The translations under genes were made by a program, and so were the position numbers. Shown piece by piece: positions 1 to 8,402 of a stretch of DNA of 64,000 bases. Source of the DNA: an uncultured Gemmatimonadales bacterium (GTDB lineage: Bacteria > Gemmatimonadota > Gemmatimonadetes > Gemmatimonadales > GWC2-71-9); contig CAWBHB010000001.1 of the NCBI GenBank assembly GCA_963788625.1, positions 1,332,512 through 1,396,511 of the forward strand. Reading direction: 5' to 3'. Below the pieces are notes generated by a model. It did not search any database, had not been told where the DNA came from, and saw only the letters and a list, made by a program, of their open reading frames with translations. Each line of letters begins with the position of its first letter. Within the stretch, counting starts at the first letter, position 1.

Positions 1-335
1 GTCTGATTGGGTGGCGGAGGCTGACTGCCCGGCGGGCGCATCGGTGTCGGGTCCAGCGACTTGAGCTGGAACACGACCTTACCGAAAGTCACCGAGTCGT
101 TCGCGGCCAGGATTCCTTCAGTGATCCGGGTCCCGTTGATGAAGGTCCCGTTCGAGCTGCCGAGGTCCTTGACGGTGATGCCGGTCTGATTGGGGACCAG
201 CTCTGCATGGCGGCGGGAGATCGTCGGATCGAAGATCGGAATGTCGCTCGTCACAGCCCGCCCGACGATGTACGCGTTCTTGGCGGAGAGGTCGAAGTCC
301 TGATCGCCGGTGAAGGAGACGAGCTTGAAGGGCAT
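1..335 (-). CDS. FHA domain-containing protein (5' part, runs off left edge)
   Basis: Hand translation of the minus strand from ATG 335: MPFKLVSFTGDQDFDLSAKNAYIVGRAVTSDIPIFDPTISRRHAELVPNQTGITVKDLGSSNGTFINGTRI. This carries the G-R / S-R-R-H / G-S-x-N-G-T signature of forkhead-associated domains. It is absent from the ORF track because no stop lies inside the window. Confidence 0.7.
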   Translation of the reverse strand, partial: MPFKLVSFTGDQDFDLSAKNAYIVGRAVTSDIPIFDPTISRRHAELVPNQTGITVKDLGSSNGTFINGTRITEGILAANDSVTFGKVVFQLKSLDPTPMRPPGSQPPPPNQ

Positions 336-367
336 GGGAGGTTGGAATATACGGCAGGCTGTATGGG

Positions 368-492
368 TCGGGGAGAGAAGGGAAAGGGGAAAGGGGAATG
401 GGGAAAGGGAAAGGGAGAGCCGCTTGGCTCAGTCCTTTTGCCCTCGCCCTTTCCCTTTTCCCTTTTCCCCTTTCTCCCCCCCCATTCCCGCC
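368..492. repeat. Imperfect palindrome built from tandem heptamers (GGGAAAG-type arm, CTTTCCC-type arm)
   Basis: Left arm gggagagaagggaaaggggaaaggggaatggggaaagggaaaggg, a short spacer, then the complementary arm ccctttcccttttcccttttcccctttctcccc. It overlaps the trpE stop region. Confidence 0.8.
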
Positions 493-1958
493 AGCCCCAT
501 GGCGGCCAGGACCGCCCGCGCCTTGGCCTCGGTCTCCCGCCATTCGCCCTGCGGATCAGAATCGGCCACAATACCGGCGCCGGCCTGCACCCAGGCCCGG
601 TTCCCCTTCATGACGGCGGTCCGGATCGCGATGGCGGTATCGAGGCTCTTGCCCCCCCAACCGATGTAGCCAACCGCACCTGCGTAAGGGCCACGCCGCA
701 CCGGCTCCAGTTCGTCGATGATTTCCATCGCCCGTATCTTCGGGGCCCCCGAAACTGTTCCGGCCGGGAAGCAGGCGGCTAGTGCATCGAGCGCGTCGAG
801 ACCTTCCCGCAGCAGGCCGCGCACCTCGCTCACCAGATGCATCACGTGAGAGTAGCGTTCGATCACCATGAAGGCGGTCATCCGAACACTGCCATAGCGC
901 GCCACCCGCCCGACGTCGTTGCGTCCAAGGTCGACCAGCATGAGGTGCTCCGCCCGCTCCTTGGGGTCGGCCTCGAGCTCGGTGGCGAGCCTCGCATCGG
1001 CCTGGGGCGTAGCGCCACGAGGCCGAGTCCCGGCGATCGGACGCAAGGTGACCTCGTCGTTCTCCACCCGGACCAGGACTTCCGGTGAGCTGCCGACGAT
1101 GTGCAGGTCGTCGCAGTGGAGGAAATAGAGGTAGGGCGCTGGATTGAGGGCCCGGAGATATCGATAGGTCAGCATTGGGTCCGGAGCTGCCAGATCGAGG
1201 CGGCGGGACAGTACGGTCTGAAATGTGTCGCCGGCCGTGATGTACTCCTGAATCCGACGAACTCCGTCCTGAAATTTCCCGTCTCCGTAGGGCGAGCTGA
1301 CCTGGGGGACCGGAGCCGCCGCCGGGAGGTGAAGCGGCCCGATCGGTGAAGGCTGCCTCAGCCGTTCCAGCCAATCCCCGATCTTCGCCTCGGCCCCGCG
1401 GTAAAGATTCTCCAGCTCCGCCCGTGTCATATTCTCCGCGACTTCGACGTTCGCGATGACCGTGGCGCGGTTATACAGGTTGTCGAGCACGAGCAGGGTG
1501 TCGGCAACCATGAGAACGGCATCGGGCAGCGAACGGTCGTCGGGCGGCGCGTTGGGGAGCCGTTCCAGGGTCCGAACGATGTCGTACCCGATGAAGCCGA
1601 CGGCGCCGCCGGTGAAGCGAGGCAGTCCGGGAACCTCGACCGACGGATGCTGTCGCATCATGGTGCCAAGGTGTTCCAGCGGAGCCACGTCGTCTTCGAC
1701 CACCTGCCAGCCGGTATCCTGGCGCCAGCGTTCCGCAGTCCGGCCCCGGTAGCGGTAAACCTCGCGGGGATTGGTCGAGAGAAAGGTGTAGCGGGCCCAT
1801 TTCTCTCCGCCCTCGAGAGATTCGAGGAGGAAGCCATAGGGGCCCCGGTGTAGCTTGGCGAAGGCGGAAACCGGGGTGTCGCCGTCCAGCACCACCTCAC
1901 GGGTAACCGGGACCATCCCCGGCTGGGCGCGGGACAGGAAGACTTCGAGGGTTTCCAT
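429..1958 (-). CDS. trpE: Anthranilate synthase component I
   Basis: 509-aa ORF with chorismate-binding family motifs: LESLEGGEKWARYTF, GDTFQTVLSRRL, RGPYAGAVGYIGWGGKSLDTAIAIRT. The last ~20 codons (GMGGEKGEKGKGKGRGQKD) are read out of the heptamer palindrome. Confidence 0.9.
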   Translation of the reverse strand: METLEVFLSRAQPGMVPVTREVVLDGDTPVSAFAKLHRGPYGFLLESLEGGEKWARYTFLSTNPREVYRYRGRTAERWRQDTGWQVVEDDVAPLEHLGTMMRQHPSVEVPGLPRFTGGAVGFIGYDIVRTLERLPNAPPDDRSLPDAVLMVADTLLVLDNLYNRATVIANVEVAENMTRAELENLYRGAEAKIGDWLERLRQPSPIGPLHLPAAAPVPQVSSPYGDGKFQDGVRRIQEYITAGDTFQTVLSRRLDLAAPDPMLTYRYLRALNPAPYLYFLHCDDLHIVGSSPEVLVRVENDEVTLRPIAGTRPRGATPQADARLATELEADPKERAEHLMLVDLGRNDVGRVARYGSVRMTAFMVIERYSHVMHLVSEVRGLLREGLDALDALAACFPAGTVSGAPKIRAMEIIDELEPVRRGPYAGAVGYIGWGGKSLDTAIAIRTAVMKGNRAWVQAGAGIVADSDPQGEWRETEAKARAVLAAMGLAGMGGEKGEKGKGKGRGQKD

Positions 1959-1973
1959 GGGGAGGTAAGGGTA

Positions 1974-2543
1974 CTATCGGGGTGCGCCGACCACAAACCG
2001 GCCCGGCAGCACCATGGGCGCCTCCAGATTGTCCGACGCACGGCGAGTCGAGCGGTAGAGCGCGTAGCGGCCGTCCTCGATCTGCCGCCCGATCTGCAGC
2101 ACCTGCTCGTAACGAACCGCGTTCCCGTATTTCGCGAGGGCGCCCTGTGGTGCCGAGAAGTGCACCGGATACTTGAACCGCACGATGCCGGTCTTGTCAG
2201 TCTGGACGGTCGAGGAAATGTCGAGTCCGTACAAACCGGGTCTCACGGCGGCTTGCACTGTCACCGAGTCCTCCGGCCCTCCATTGGGGAACATGTCGGC
2301 GGGAAAGACCAATTCGGCGAAGACCCCATTGTCGGGGGCCGGATGCCGCATGATCACCGTGCGTGGCTCGCCGGTCTTGAAGGTGACCGACGTATCGGCG
2401 GGAGGGACCCCTCCGACCTCGACGAGATAGAGCTGGTCGACGGGAAGGGTCTGGGTAATTACGCTCTCCGGCCGTGGGCTGTTCGCCCCTTTTGAACCGC
2501 AGGCGGCGATGCTGGCAACGCAGAGGACGAGGGTTATTCTCAC
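1974..2543 (-). CDS. Hypothetical lipoprotein
   Basis: ORF 1974-2603. I prefer GTG 2543, which gives (M)RITLVLCVASIAACGS, a classical lipobox. ATG 2603 would overlap the divergent neighbour. No family recognised. Confidence 0.5.
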   Translation of the reverse strand: MRITLVLCVASIAACGSKGANSPRPESVITQTLPVDQLYLVEVGGVPPADTSVTFKTGEPRTVIMRHPAPDNGVFAELVFPADMFPNGGPEDSVTVQAAVRPGLYGLDISSTVQTDKTGIVRFKYPVHFSAPQGALAKYGNAVRYEQVLQIGRQIEDGRYALYRSTRRASDNLEAPMVLPGRFVVGAPR

Positions 2544-2589
2544 GAAGCGCGAGCGGGGGGAGCGATTGGGAAATCGGAACCGGGAGGAG

Positions 2590-4665
2590 ATGGTGAGCCT
2601 CATTAGGCGGCCACGATGGGCGGTGTGCTGCGCCGCGTTCCTGGTGCTACCCGCGCTCTCCCCCTCGCTTCGCGCTCAGCAGTGGAACTCGCCGGAAGCG
2701 CTGGAGCTGGCTGCTCGCGCGACAGAGGTGAGAGGACAGGCCCAGCGAGATTCATCCCTGCGCAGTTACCGCACCCGGGCTCACGGCTTCGTCTTCTTTC
2801 TCGCGCAGGTAGGCGACGAGTTGCAAGGCGCACCACGCCTGGTCAAGGCCGACGAGCTCGACGTCGAAGTCTATTGGCGCGCCCCGGCCCTGAGCAAGCA
2901 GACCATCCTGGGTTGGCGGGACGGTCGCTGGCTGCCCACCGACATCAACTACCATCGCGACCACCTCGGCATCGTCACCAACAATTTCGGCGACCGGATC
3001 CGGATCGGTGAAGGTGACGAGGTCAAGGACGTGGCACACCCGCTCTCTCCCGACGGACTGAATCGGTACGACTTCGCGCTCACCGACTCTTTGCGGATCC
3101 AGACCCGAGACGGCGACCTTCTGGTCTACCAGCTCCAGGTGCGACCCAGGGATTGGGGTGAACCCCTGGTCATAGGGACTCTATCGCTCGATGCGGCGAC
3201 CGCCGAGCTGGTGAGATTCCGTTTCGGGTTCACGCCCGCGGCGTATCTGGAGAAGGGCTTGGAGGACATCAGCATCATGCTGGAGAACGCGCGCTTCGAA
3301 GACCGCTGGTGGCTTCCTTACCGACAGGAGATCGAGATCCGGCGCCGCACCCAGTGGCTCGACTTCCCCGCGCGCGGAATCATCCGGGGTCGCTGGGAGA
3401 TCGGAGATTACGACTTCGACGTAGCCATACCTCCCGACGTCCTGCGCGGCCCTGCGATCGGCGGGTTGCAGGCCGCCTCCGACACTGGCGGGGAGTGGAA
3501 TCAACCGCTTGCGGCCTCGCTGGGTCACGTCGCGGCCCCAGTCGAGCAGCGGGACCTCGACTCCCTGAGGGTGGAGCTGGGCCGCATCGCCGGGGGACGA
3601 GTCCTCTCCGGGCTTGGTTCTGGCGGCCTCGCTGTCCCCTCGGTCAGCGACATCGTCCACGTCAATCGGGTCCAGGGTCTCACGCTCGGGGCTGCCGCGA
3701 CCCTCGCTCTGGCGGAGCGGCGGGTTCAGCTCAAGCCTCGGGTGGCCTTCGGCACTTCGGACGAGCGCTTCACCGGCGAACTGGCCATCGGGGTAGCCGC
3801 GGGTCCCGCTACCGTGACGTTGGAGGGAGGGCGGTCCATCCATGACTTCAGTGACATTCCGGTCATCTCCGGCGTATTGAATTCGATCCTCGCTCAGGAA
3901 GCCGGGGAGGACTATGGCGACTACGTCATGGTGGATCGGGTCGGGCTGGGTGTGCGATATCCGCTTTCCGGGGTTACGGCCATCTCGCTGAACGCGGGGT
4001 ATGAAGACCCATCCTCCATCGACGTCGAGGCCAGTCCGGCCCACGGCAGTTACCGCTCGAATCCTGCGTTGGGCTCGGACGCGAGCTTGGTGGGACGAAT
4101 CTCCCTGATCAGAAACTCCGGTGAGCTTGGAGCCTACCGTCGGCCGGCACTCACTCGAGGCACGATTGCGTTTGAAGGCAGTTCCGGCGGGAATGATTAT
4201 TTCAGGGCCACTGTCGAGGGCACGGTGGCAATGCCGCTCGGGCCGGGAACCCTGGGTTTCACCGCGTACGGCGGTTGGGGTACCGCGGAACTCCCCGCTT
4301 ACCGAAGCTTCGTCCTGGGTGGACGCGGCACTCTTCCCGGAGAGCCTTTTCGGGCGTATGGCGGTAGAGCCATCGCGCTTGGCAGGTTGGAGTGGGACTT
4401 TCCGGTACCGTTTCTCGCAATTCCGTTGGGCTCCTTTGCATCCACCGGCCAAACCATTACCGTGGGTCCCTTCCTCGCTGCCGGCTGGACCAGCGATGAA
4501 GTGGCCAACACGCCGTGGGACAAAACAGCCGGGGTACGTCCGGTGGCTGGAGTGGCAGCAGAATTCTTTCTGCGGCTCTTTCGAGTGGAGGCTGGAGTCG
4601 GACTCAAGACCGGTGAGGTCGGGGTGATGGTGGATGTGAATCCGGATTGGTGGGGCATTTTATAG
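2590..4665 (+). CDS. Omp85/surface-antigen-like outer membrane protein
   Basis: ORF 2509-4665. ATG 2590 gives a signal-like MVSLIRRPRWAVCCAAFLVLPALSPSLRAQQ. The C-terminal third looks like an Omp85-type barrel (FVLGGRGTLPGEPFRAYGGRAIALGRLEWDFPV). Confidence 0.55.
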   Translation: MVSLIRRPRWAVCCAAFLVLPALSPSLRAQQWNSPEALELAARATEVRGQAQRDSSLRSYRTRAHGFVFFLAQVGDELQGAPRLVKADELDVEVYWRAPALSKQTILGWRDGRWLPTDINYHRDHLGIVTNNFGDRIRIGEGDEVKDVAHPLSPDGLNRYDFALTDSLRIQTRDGDLLVYQLQVRPRDWGEPLVIGTLSLDAATAELVRFRFGFTPAAYLEKGLEDISIMLENARFEDRWWLPYRQEIEIRRRTQWLDFPARGIIRGRWEIGDYDFDVAIPPDVLRGPAIGGLQAASDTGGEWNQPLAASLGHVAAPVEQRDLDSLRVELGRIAGGRVLSGLGSGGLAVPSVSDIVHVNRVQGLTLGAAATLALAERRVQLKPRVAFGTSDERFTGELAIGVAAGPATVTLEGGRSIHDFSDIPVISGVLNSILAQEAGEDYGDYVMVDRVGLGVRYPLSGVTAISLNAGYEDPSSIDVEASPAHGSYRSNPALGSDASLVGRISLIRNSGELGAYRRPALTRGTIAFEGSSGGNDYFRATVEGTVAMPLGPGTLGFTAYGGWGTAELPAYRSFVLGGRGTLPGEPFRAYGGRAIALGRLEWDFPVPFLAIPLGSFASTGQTITVGPFLAAGWTSDEVANTPWDKTAGVRPVAGVAAEFFLRLFRVEAGVGLKTGEVGVMVDVNPDWWGIL

Positions 4666-4757
4666 CCCCTGTAATCTCCGGGTCATCCACCTTACCTTTG
4701 GGGTGCTGCTCGAGCGGGCGGCGCCTCCCCCTAATTGGTTATCAGGCTTGAGGTTAA

Positions 4758-7028
4758 ATGCAGTTCACGGATGAGTGGCTCGTCCCCAGCCTGGAAAAGA
4801 TTCTGGAGCCCGGGATCCTCGACAGATTGCGCGAGGAACCGGGGAAGGAACCAGTGTCTCTCTGGAGCACGCTGGTTGAGCGCAAGGAAGCCAAAGACGA
4901 CGACATCCTGAAGGCCGCTGCCGCCCGATTCCGCCTCCCCGTCGCGGATCTGAATCAGGTCGATCCCCGGGCGCGCGAGGCGGTGCCGGAACCTCTGGTC
5001 CGCCGCTTCAACATCATTCCGATCGGCATCAGCGACTCGTATCTCGAGATCGCGACTGCGAATCCCAACGACATCGACGCCGAGAAGGACCTCGCCTTCG
5101 CTACGGGGCGCGAGGTGCGGCTGCGTCTCTGCTCCCCCTCCCGCATTGCCGACAAGATGGAGGAGATGTACCGCGGCAGCTCGGAGGTGATGTCCCAACT
5201 GCTCGGCAACATGGACGAGGGGCTCGAGGTCACCCAGCTGAAGGACGATGAGGAGCTGTCCGATCTCGGTGCGTCGGCCGACGAGGCGAGCCAGCGTCCA
5301 GTCGTGCGCCTGGTGGACCTGATGCTTTCAGACGGCATCCTCTCCCGGGCGAGCGACATCCACATCGAGCCGGGCGAAGCCGGTGTCACGGTGCGCTACC
5401 GCATCGATGGCGTGCTGCGCCAGGTCATGAGCATCCCGCGAACCGCTGGGGCTCCGCTCATCTCCCGAATCAAGATCATGTCGGGCCTGGATATCGCGGA
5501 CCGGCTGCGACCTCAGGATGGTCGAGCGCGAGTGGCGGTGAACGGCTCTCCGGTGGACCTCCGGGTTTCGACCCTGCCGGCTTCGCTTGGCGAGAAGGTC
5601 GTGATCCGGATCCTGAACGCGAAGGCGACCGTGCTCTCGCTCGACTCGCTCGGCATGAGCGAGGAGGAGCGGGGCGCGATCAAGAACGTGCTCAACAACA
5701 AGGAGGGGATCGTACTGGTCACCGGGCCGACCGGCTCCGGCAAGACCACGACGCTCTACTCCGCGTTGCGCATGGTGCAGAGCGACGGCGTCAACATCGT
5801 CACGGTCGAGGACCCGGTCGAATACCGGTTGGGCAAGGGCATCGTGCAGGTGCAGGTGCACGAGAAGGCGGGGCTGACTTTCGCGGCCGCGCTTCGGTCG
5901 ATTCTCCGGCAGGACCCCGACGTCGTCCTGGTCGGCGAGGTCCGGGACCGGGAGACAGCGCAGATCGCGCTGCAGGCCTCGTTGACCGGTCACCTGGTGC
6001 TCTCGACTCTCCACACCAACGACGCCCCGAACGCCATCACCCGTCTGGTGGACATGGGGATGGAGCCCTACAAGATCGGTCCCGCGCTCCGCGGGGTCAT
6101 CGGGCAGCGGCTCATGCGGCGGATCTGCCCCCGCTGCCGCGAGATCAACGACGGAGATATCCCGACCAGGATCCGCCGCTACATCCCGCAGGGCACGACA
6201 CTCTATCGCGCGGTCGGCTGTCCCGATTGCGCCATGACCGGATACCGCGGCCGATTCTCGGTAGTGGAAATCCTGACCATGAACGCCGAGCTGGAGCGGA
6301 GGATCGGGGCGGGCGCGACCGCGGACAAGATCGCCGAGGCCGCCAGGGCGAACGGGATGAAATCGCTGTTCGAGAGCGGCCTCCAGCATGTACTGAGTGG
6401 GGAGACCAGCGTGGAGGAACTGCTCCGCGTGGTGGACGTGCCGATGGACGAGCGGGGCGGCAGCCGCGGCTCGACACCCAGCGTCACGCCCCTCCCGTCC
6501 AAGCGCAGCACGCCTGCTTCCCCGCACGGGACGCCGACCGGAACGCCTTCGGGCCCCTTCCCGGCGGTCGTGGTTCCGGTGCCCGACCTCACCACCGCCT
6601 TCGAGTTGATCGACGACGAGGCCGGGCCGACCGAAGTCATCAGGCCGGTCCATGGCGCGTCGGTGCTGCTGGTGGACGACGAAGATTCACTTCGCAAGGT
6701 GATGAAAGACCTGTTGGCCCGCGAGGGCTATGCGGTCATCGAGGCCCGGAACGGAGTCGAGGCCCTGGACCAGGTGGATCGCCATGCTCCCGATGTGGTT
6801 GTGCTCGACCTGAACCTGCCGGACATGGACGGTTACTCTGTCCTGTCGCAGCTCCGCTCCCGTCCGGCCACCCGGAAGACGCCGGTCATCGTCCTCACCG
6901 CCAAGGGTGACGAGGACAACGAGGTCCGGGTCTTCGAGCTCGGCGCCGACGATTTCCTTACCAAGCCCTTCCGAGCCAAGGCGCTGTCGAAACGGCTGGA
7001 GGTGGTGTTGGCGAGGAGGAAGGACTGA
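4758..7028 (+). CDS. GspE/PilB-family secretion ATPase fused to a C-terminal response-regulator receiver domain
   Basis: N-terminal T2SSE_N-like region. Walker A VTGPTGSGKTTTLYS, Walker B/Asp box DPDVVLVGEVRD, His box TGHLVLSTLHTN, tetracysteine CPRC...CPDC. A ~60-aa Pro/Ser/Thr linker precedes a REC domain (LLVDDEDS...VVVLDLNLPDMDG...VIVLTAKG...LTKPF). Confidence 0.85.
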   Translation: MQFTDEWLVPSLEKILEPGILDRLREEPGKEPVSLWSTLVERKEAKDDDILKAAAARFRLPVADLNQVDPRAREAVPEPLVRRFNIIPIGISDSYLEIATANPNDIDAEKDLAFATGREVRLRLCSPSRIADKMEEMYRGSSEVMSQLLGNMDEGLEVTQLKDDEELSDLGASADEASQRPVVRLVDLMLSDGILSRASDIHIEPGEAGVTVRYRIDGVLRQVMSIPRTAGAPLISRIKIMSGLDIADRLRPQDGRARVAVNGSPVDLRVSTLPASLGEKVVIRILNAKATVLSLDSLGMSEEERGAIKNVLNNKEGIVLVTGPTGSGKTTTLYSALRMVQSDGVNIVTVEDPVEYRLGKGIVQVQVHEKAGLTFAAALRSILRQDPDVVLVGEVRDRETAQIALQASLTGHLVLSTLHTNDAPNAITRLVDMGMEPYKIGPALRGVIGQRLMRRICPRCREINDGDIPTRIRRYIPQGTTLYRAVGCPDCAMTGYRGRFSVVEILTMNAELERRIGAGATADKIAEAARANGMKSLFESGLQHVLSGETSVEELLRVVDVPMDERGGSRGSTPSVTPLPSKRSTPASPHGTPTGTPSGPFPAVVVPVPDLTTAFELIDDEAGPTEVIRPVHGASVLLVDDEDSLRKVMKDLLAREGYAVIEARNGVEALDQVDRHAPDVVVLDLNLPDMDGYSVLSQLRSRPATRKTPVIVLTAKGDEDNEVRVFELGADDFLTKPFRAKALSKRLEVVLARRKD

Positions 7029-7140
7029 GGGAATGGCAGAATGAGCGAATGGCGGAATGGCAGAATGAGCGAATGGCGGAATGAGAGCGCAGTAGCGTGA
7101 CCCCTTCCTCCATTCCGCCATTCGACCATTCCGCCATTGC
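7027..7140. repeat. Palindrome of tandem octamers (GAATGGCR/GAATGAGC words)
   Basis: Left arm gaatggcagaatgagcgaatggcggaatggcagaatgagcgaatggcggaatgag. Right arm ctccattccgccattcgaccattccgccattgc. The right arm lies inside the first codons of hisC. Confidence 0.8.
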
Positions 7141-8200
7141 TCTGATCAAGCCCTCCGTCCGGGCTCTCTCCCCCTACACCCTCTCCGGCCTCTCCGCCGC
7201 GAGAAAGCTGAACCAGAACGAATCGCCCTTCGATGTGCCCGAACACCTCAAGCATGAGGTAGTCGAGCGTGCTTTGGCGACGCCGTGGAACCGCTATCCC
7301 GAGTTCGTGCCCCGACGGCTGGTCGAGCAGATCGCCGAGCGGCACGGGTGGGATCCGGAGGGCGTGCTGGTCGGGAATGGGTCCAACGAGGTCATCCAGG
7401 CTTCCATCTCGGTCTCGGTCAATACCGGCGATCCGGTCGTGGTTCCCCAGCCTTCGTTCGCGCTCTATCGCATCATGACTGGAGTGATGGGCGGACGCTA
7501 TCTGCCGGTGCCGATGGGACCGGAATACGCCTACGATGTCGATGCACTCGTCGGCGTGGCGCGCCGGGAGCGGGCCCGGGTGGTCGTACTGAACTCGCCC
7601 AACAATCCGACCGGATCGGTCCTGCCAGAGGACGGGGTGGCGACCCTGCTGGAACGCACCGAAGCGCTGTTGTTGTGCGACGAGGCTTACCAGGACTTCG
7701 GCGGCCCGACGGCGCTCACCCTGCTGCCCCAATCACCGCGGATCGTGGTGCTGCGGACTCTCTCGAAGGCGATGGGGATGGCCGGTCTCCGGTTCGGCTA
7801 CGCTCTCGCCCATCCGGAGATCGCCCGGGAGATTGCCAAGGCCAAGCTGCCGTACAACGTCAACGCGATCACCCTGGTGGCGGCGGAGGTCATGCTGAAG
7901 CACGGCGCCGAATTCGCCGCGCGAGCCAGGACCATTGCCCAGGAGCGTGACCGCTTCCTCGGCCTGCTCCGTGGTATCGCCGGACTGCATGCGTTCCCCA
8001 GCAAGGCCAATTTCGTGCTGGTCCGCTGCGACCGGCTTCCCGCCGGCACCGTTTTTCGCCGACTGGTCGAGGACCATGGGATTCTGGTGCGGGATGTGTC
8101 GAGCGGAGCCGGGCTGGCCGAGTGTCTGAGAATATCGGTGGGAACCCCCGAGGACACGGATGCAGTGGTGGTGGCCCTTTCGGCGATCTTCTCGGACTGA
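7097..8200 (+). CDS. hisC: Histidinol-phosphate aminotransferase
   Basis: 367-aa ORF (GTG start). Class-II aminotransferase pattern NQNESPF...NSPNNPTG...LRTLSKAMGMAGLRFGY (PLP lysine). Confidence 0.85.
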   Translation: MTPSSIPPFDHSAIALIKPSVRALSPYTLSGLSAARKLNQNESPFDVPEHLKHEVVERALATPWNRYPEFVPRRLVEQIAERHGWDPEGVLVGNGSNEVIQASISVSVNTGDPVVVPQPSFALYRIMTGVMGGRYLPVPMGPEYAYDVDALVGVARRERARVVVLNSPNNPTGSVLPEDGVATLLERTEALLLCDEAYQDFGGPTALTLLPQSPRIVVLRTLSKAMGMAGLRFGYALAHPEIAREIAKAKLPYNVNAITLVAAEVMLKHGAEFAARARTIAQERDRFLGLLRGIAGLHAFPSKANFVLVRCDRLPAGTVFRRLVEDHGILVRDVSSGAGLAECLRISVGTPEDTDAVVVALSAIFSD

Positions 8201-8211
8201 CAGGTTGTCTT

Positions 8212-8388
8212 GGGTCTAAGGTCTAGGGTCTAAGGTCTAAGGTCTAGGGTCTAAGGTCTAGAGTCGAGAGTCTGAAGTCGAGACTTCGTCCGCAGCGGGA
8301 CTCCAGACTTTGGACTCCAGACCTTAGACCTCAGACCCTAGACCTTAGACCCTAGACCTTAGACCTTAGACCTTGGACCTTAGACTCT
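8212..8388. repeat. 177-bp palindrome of tandem heptamers (GGTCTAA/GGTCTAG)
   Basis: Left arm has ~10 units ggtctaaggtctagggtctaaggtctaaggtctagggtctaaggtctagagtcgag. After a ~14-nt spacer comes the complementary arm ...ccagaccttagacctcagaccctagaccttagaccctagaccttagaccttagacc. It fills the hisC-hisB spacer. Confidence 0.9.
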
Positions 8389-8402
8389 AACACCCGCCCC
8401 CC

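Noticed and set aside
118-782. ORFs 118-543(-), 207-782(+), 251-571(-), 310-669(+) and 398-613(+) rich in G/K/E/R/P.
   Set aside because: They are generated by the heptamer palindrome and by out-of-frame readings of the FHA gene and the trpE 3' end. The FHA frame (not in the track) and trpE account for the region.
5328-6653. 441-aa minus-strand ORF inside the GspE-like gene. Similar long ORFs: 3181-4452(-), 14474-15493(+), 15562-16791(-), 20214-21287(+), 25746-26741(-), 50107-51522(+), 52159-53775(+).
   Set aside because: All lie antisense to genes with strong family signatures (GspE, Omp85-like, acyltransferase, porin, clpX, tauE, htrA, dnaK). All have the Arg/Gly/Pro/His-rich, low-information composition expected of stop-poor antisense frames in high-GC DNA.
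8212-8388. CRISPR array hypothesis for the regularly repeated short units here and at the other word arrays.
   Set aside because: The units are contiguous 7-8 nt words with no unique spacers. The arrays come as inverted arms, and no cas genes are present. This is tandem-repeat and hairpin architecture, not repeat-spacer architecture.
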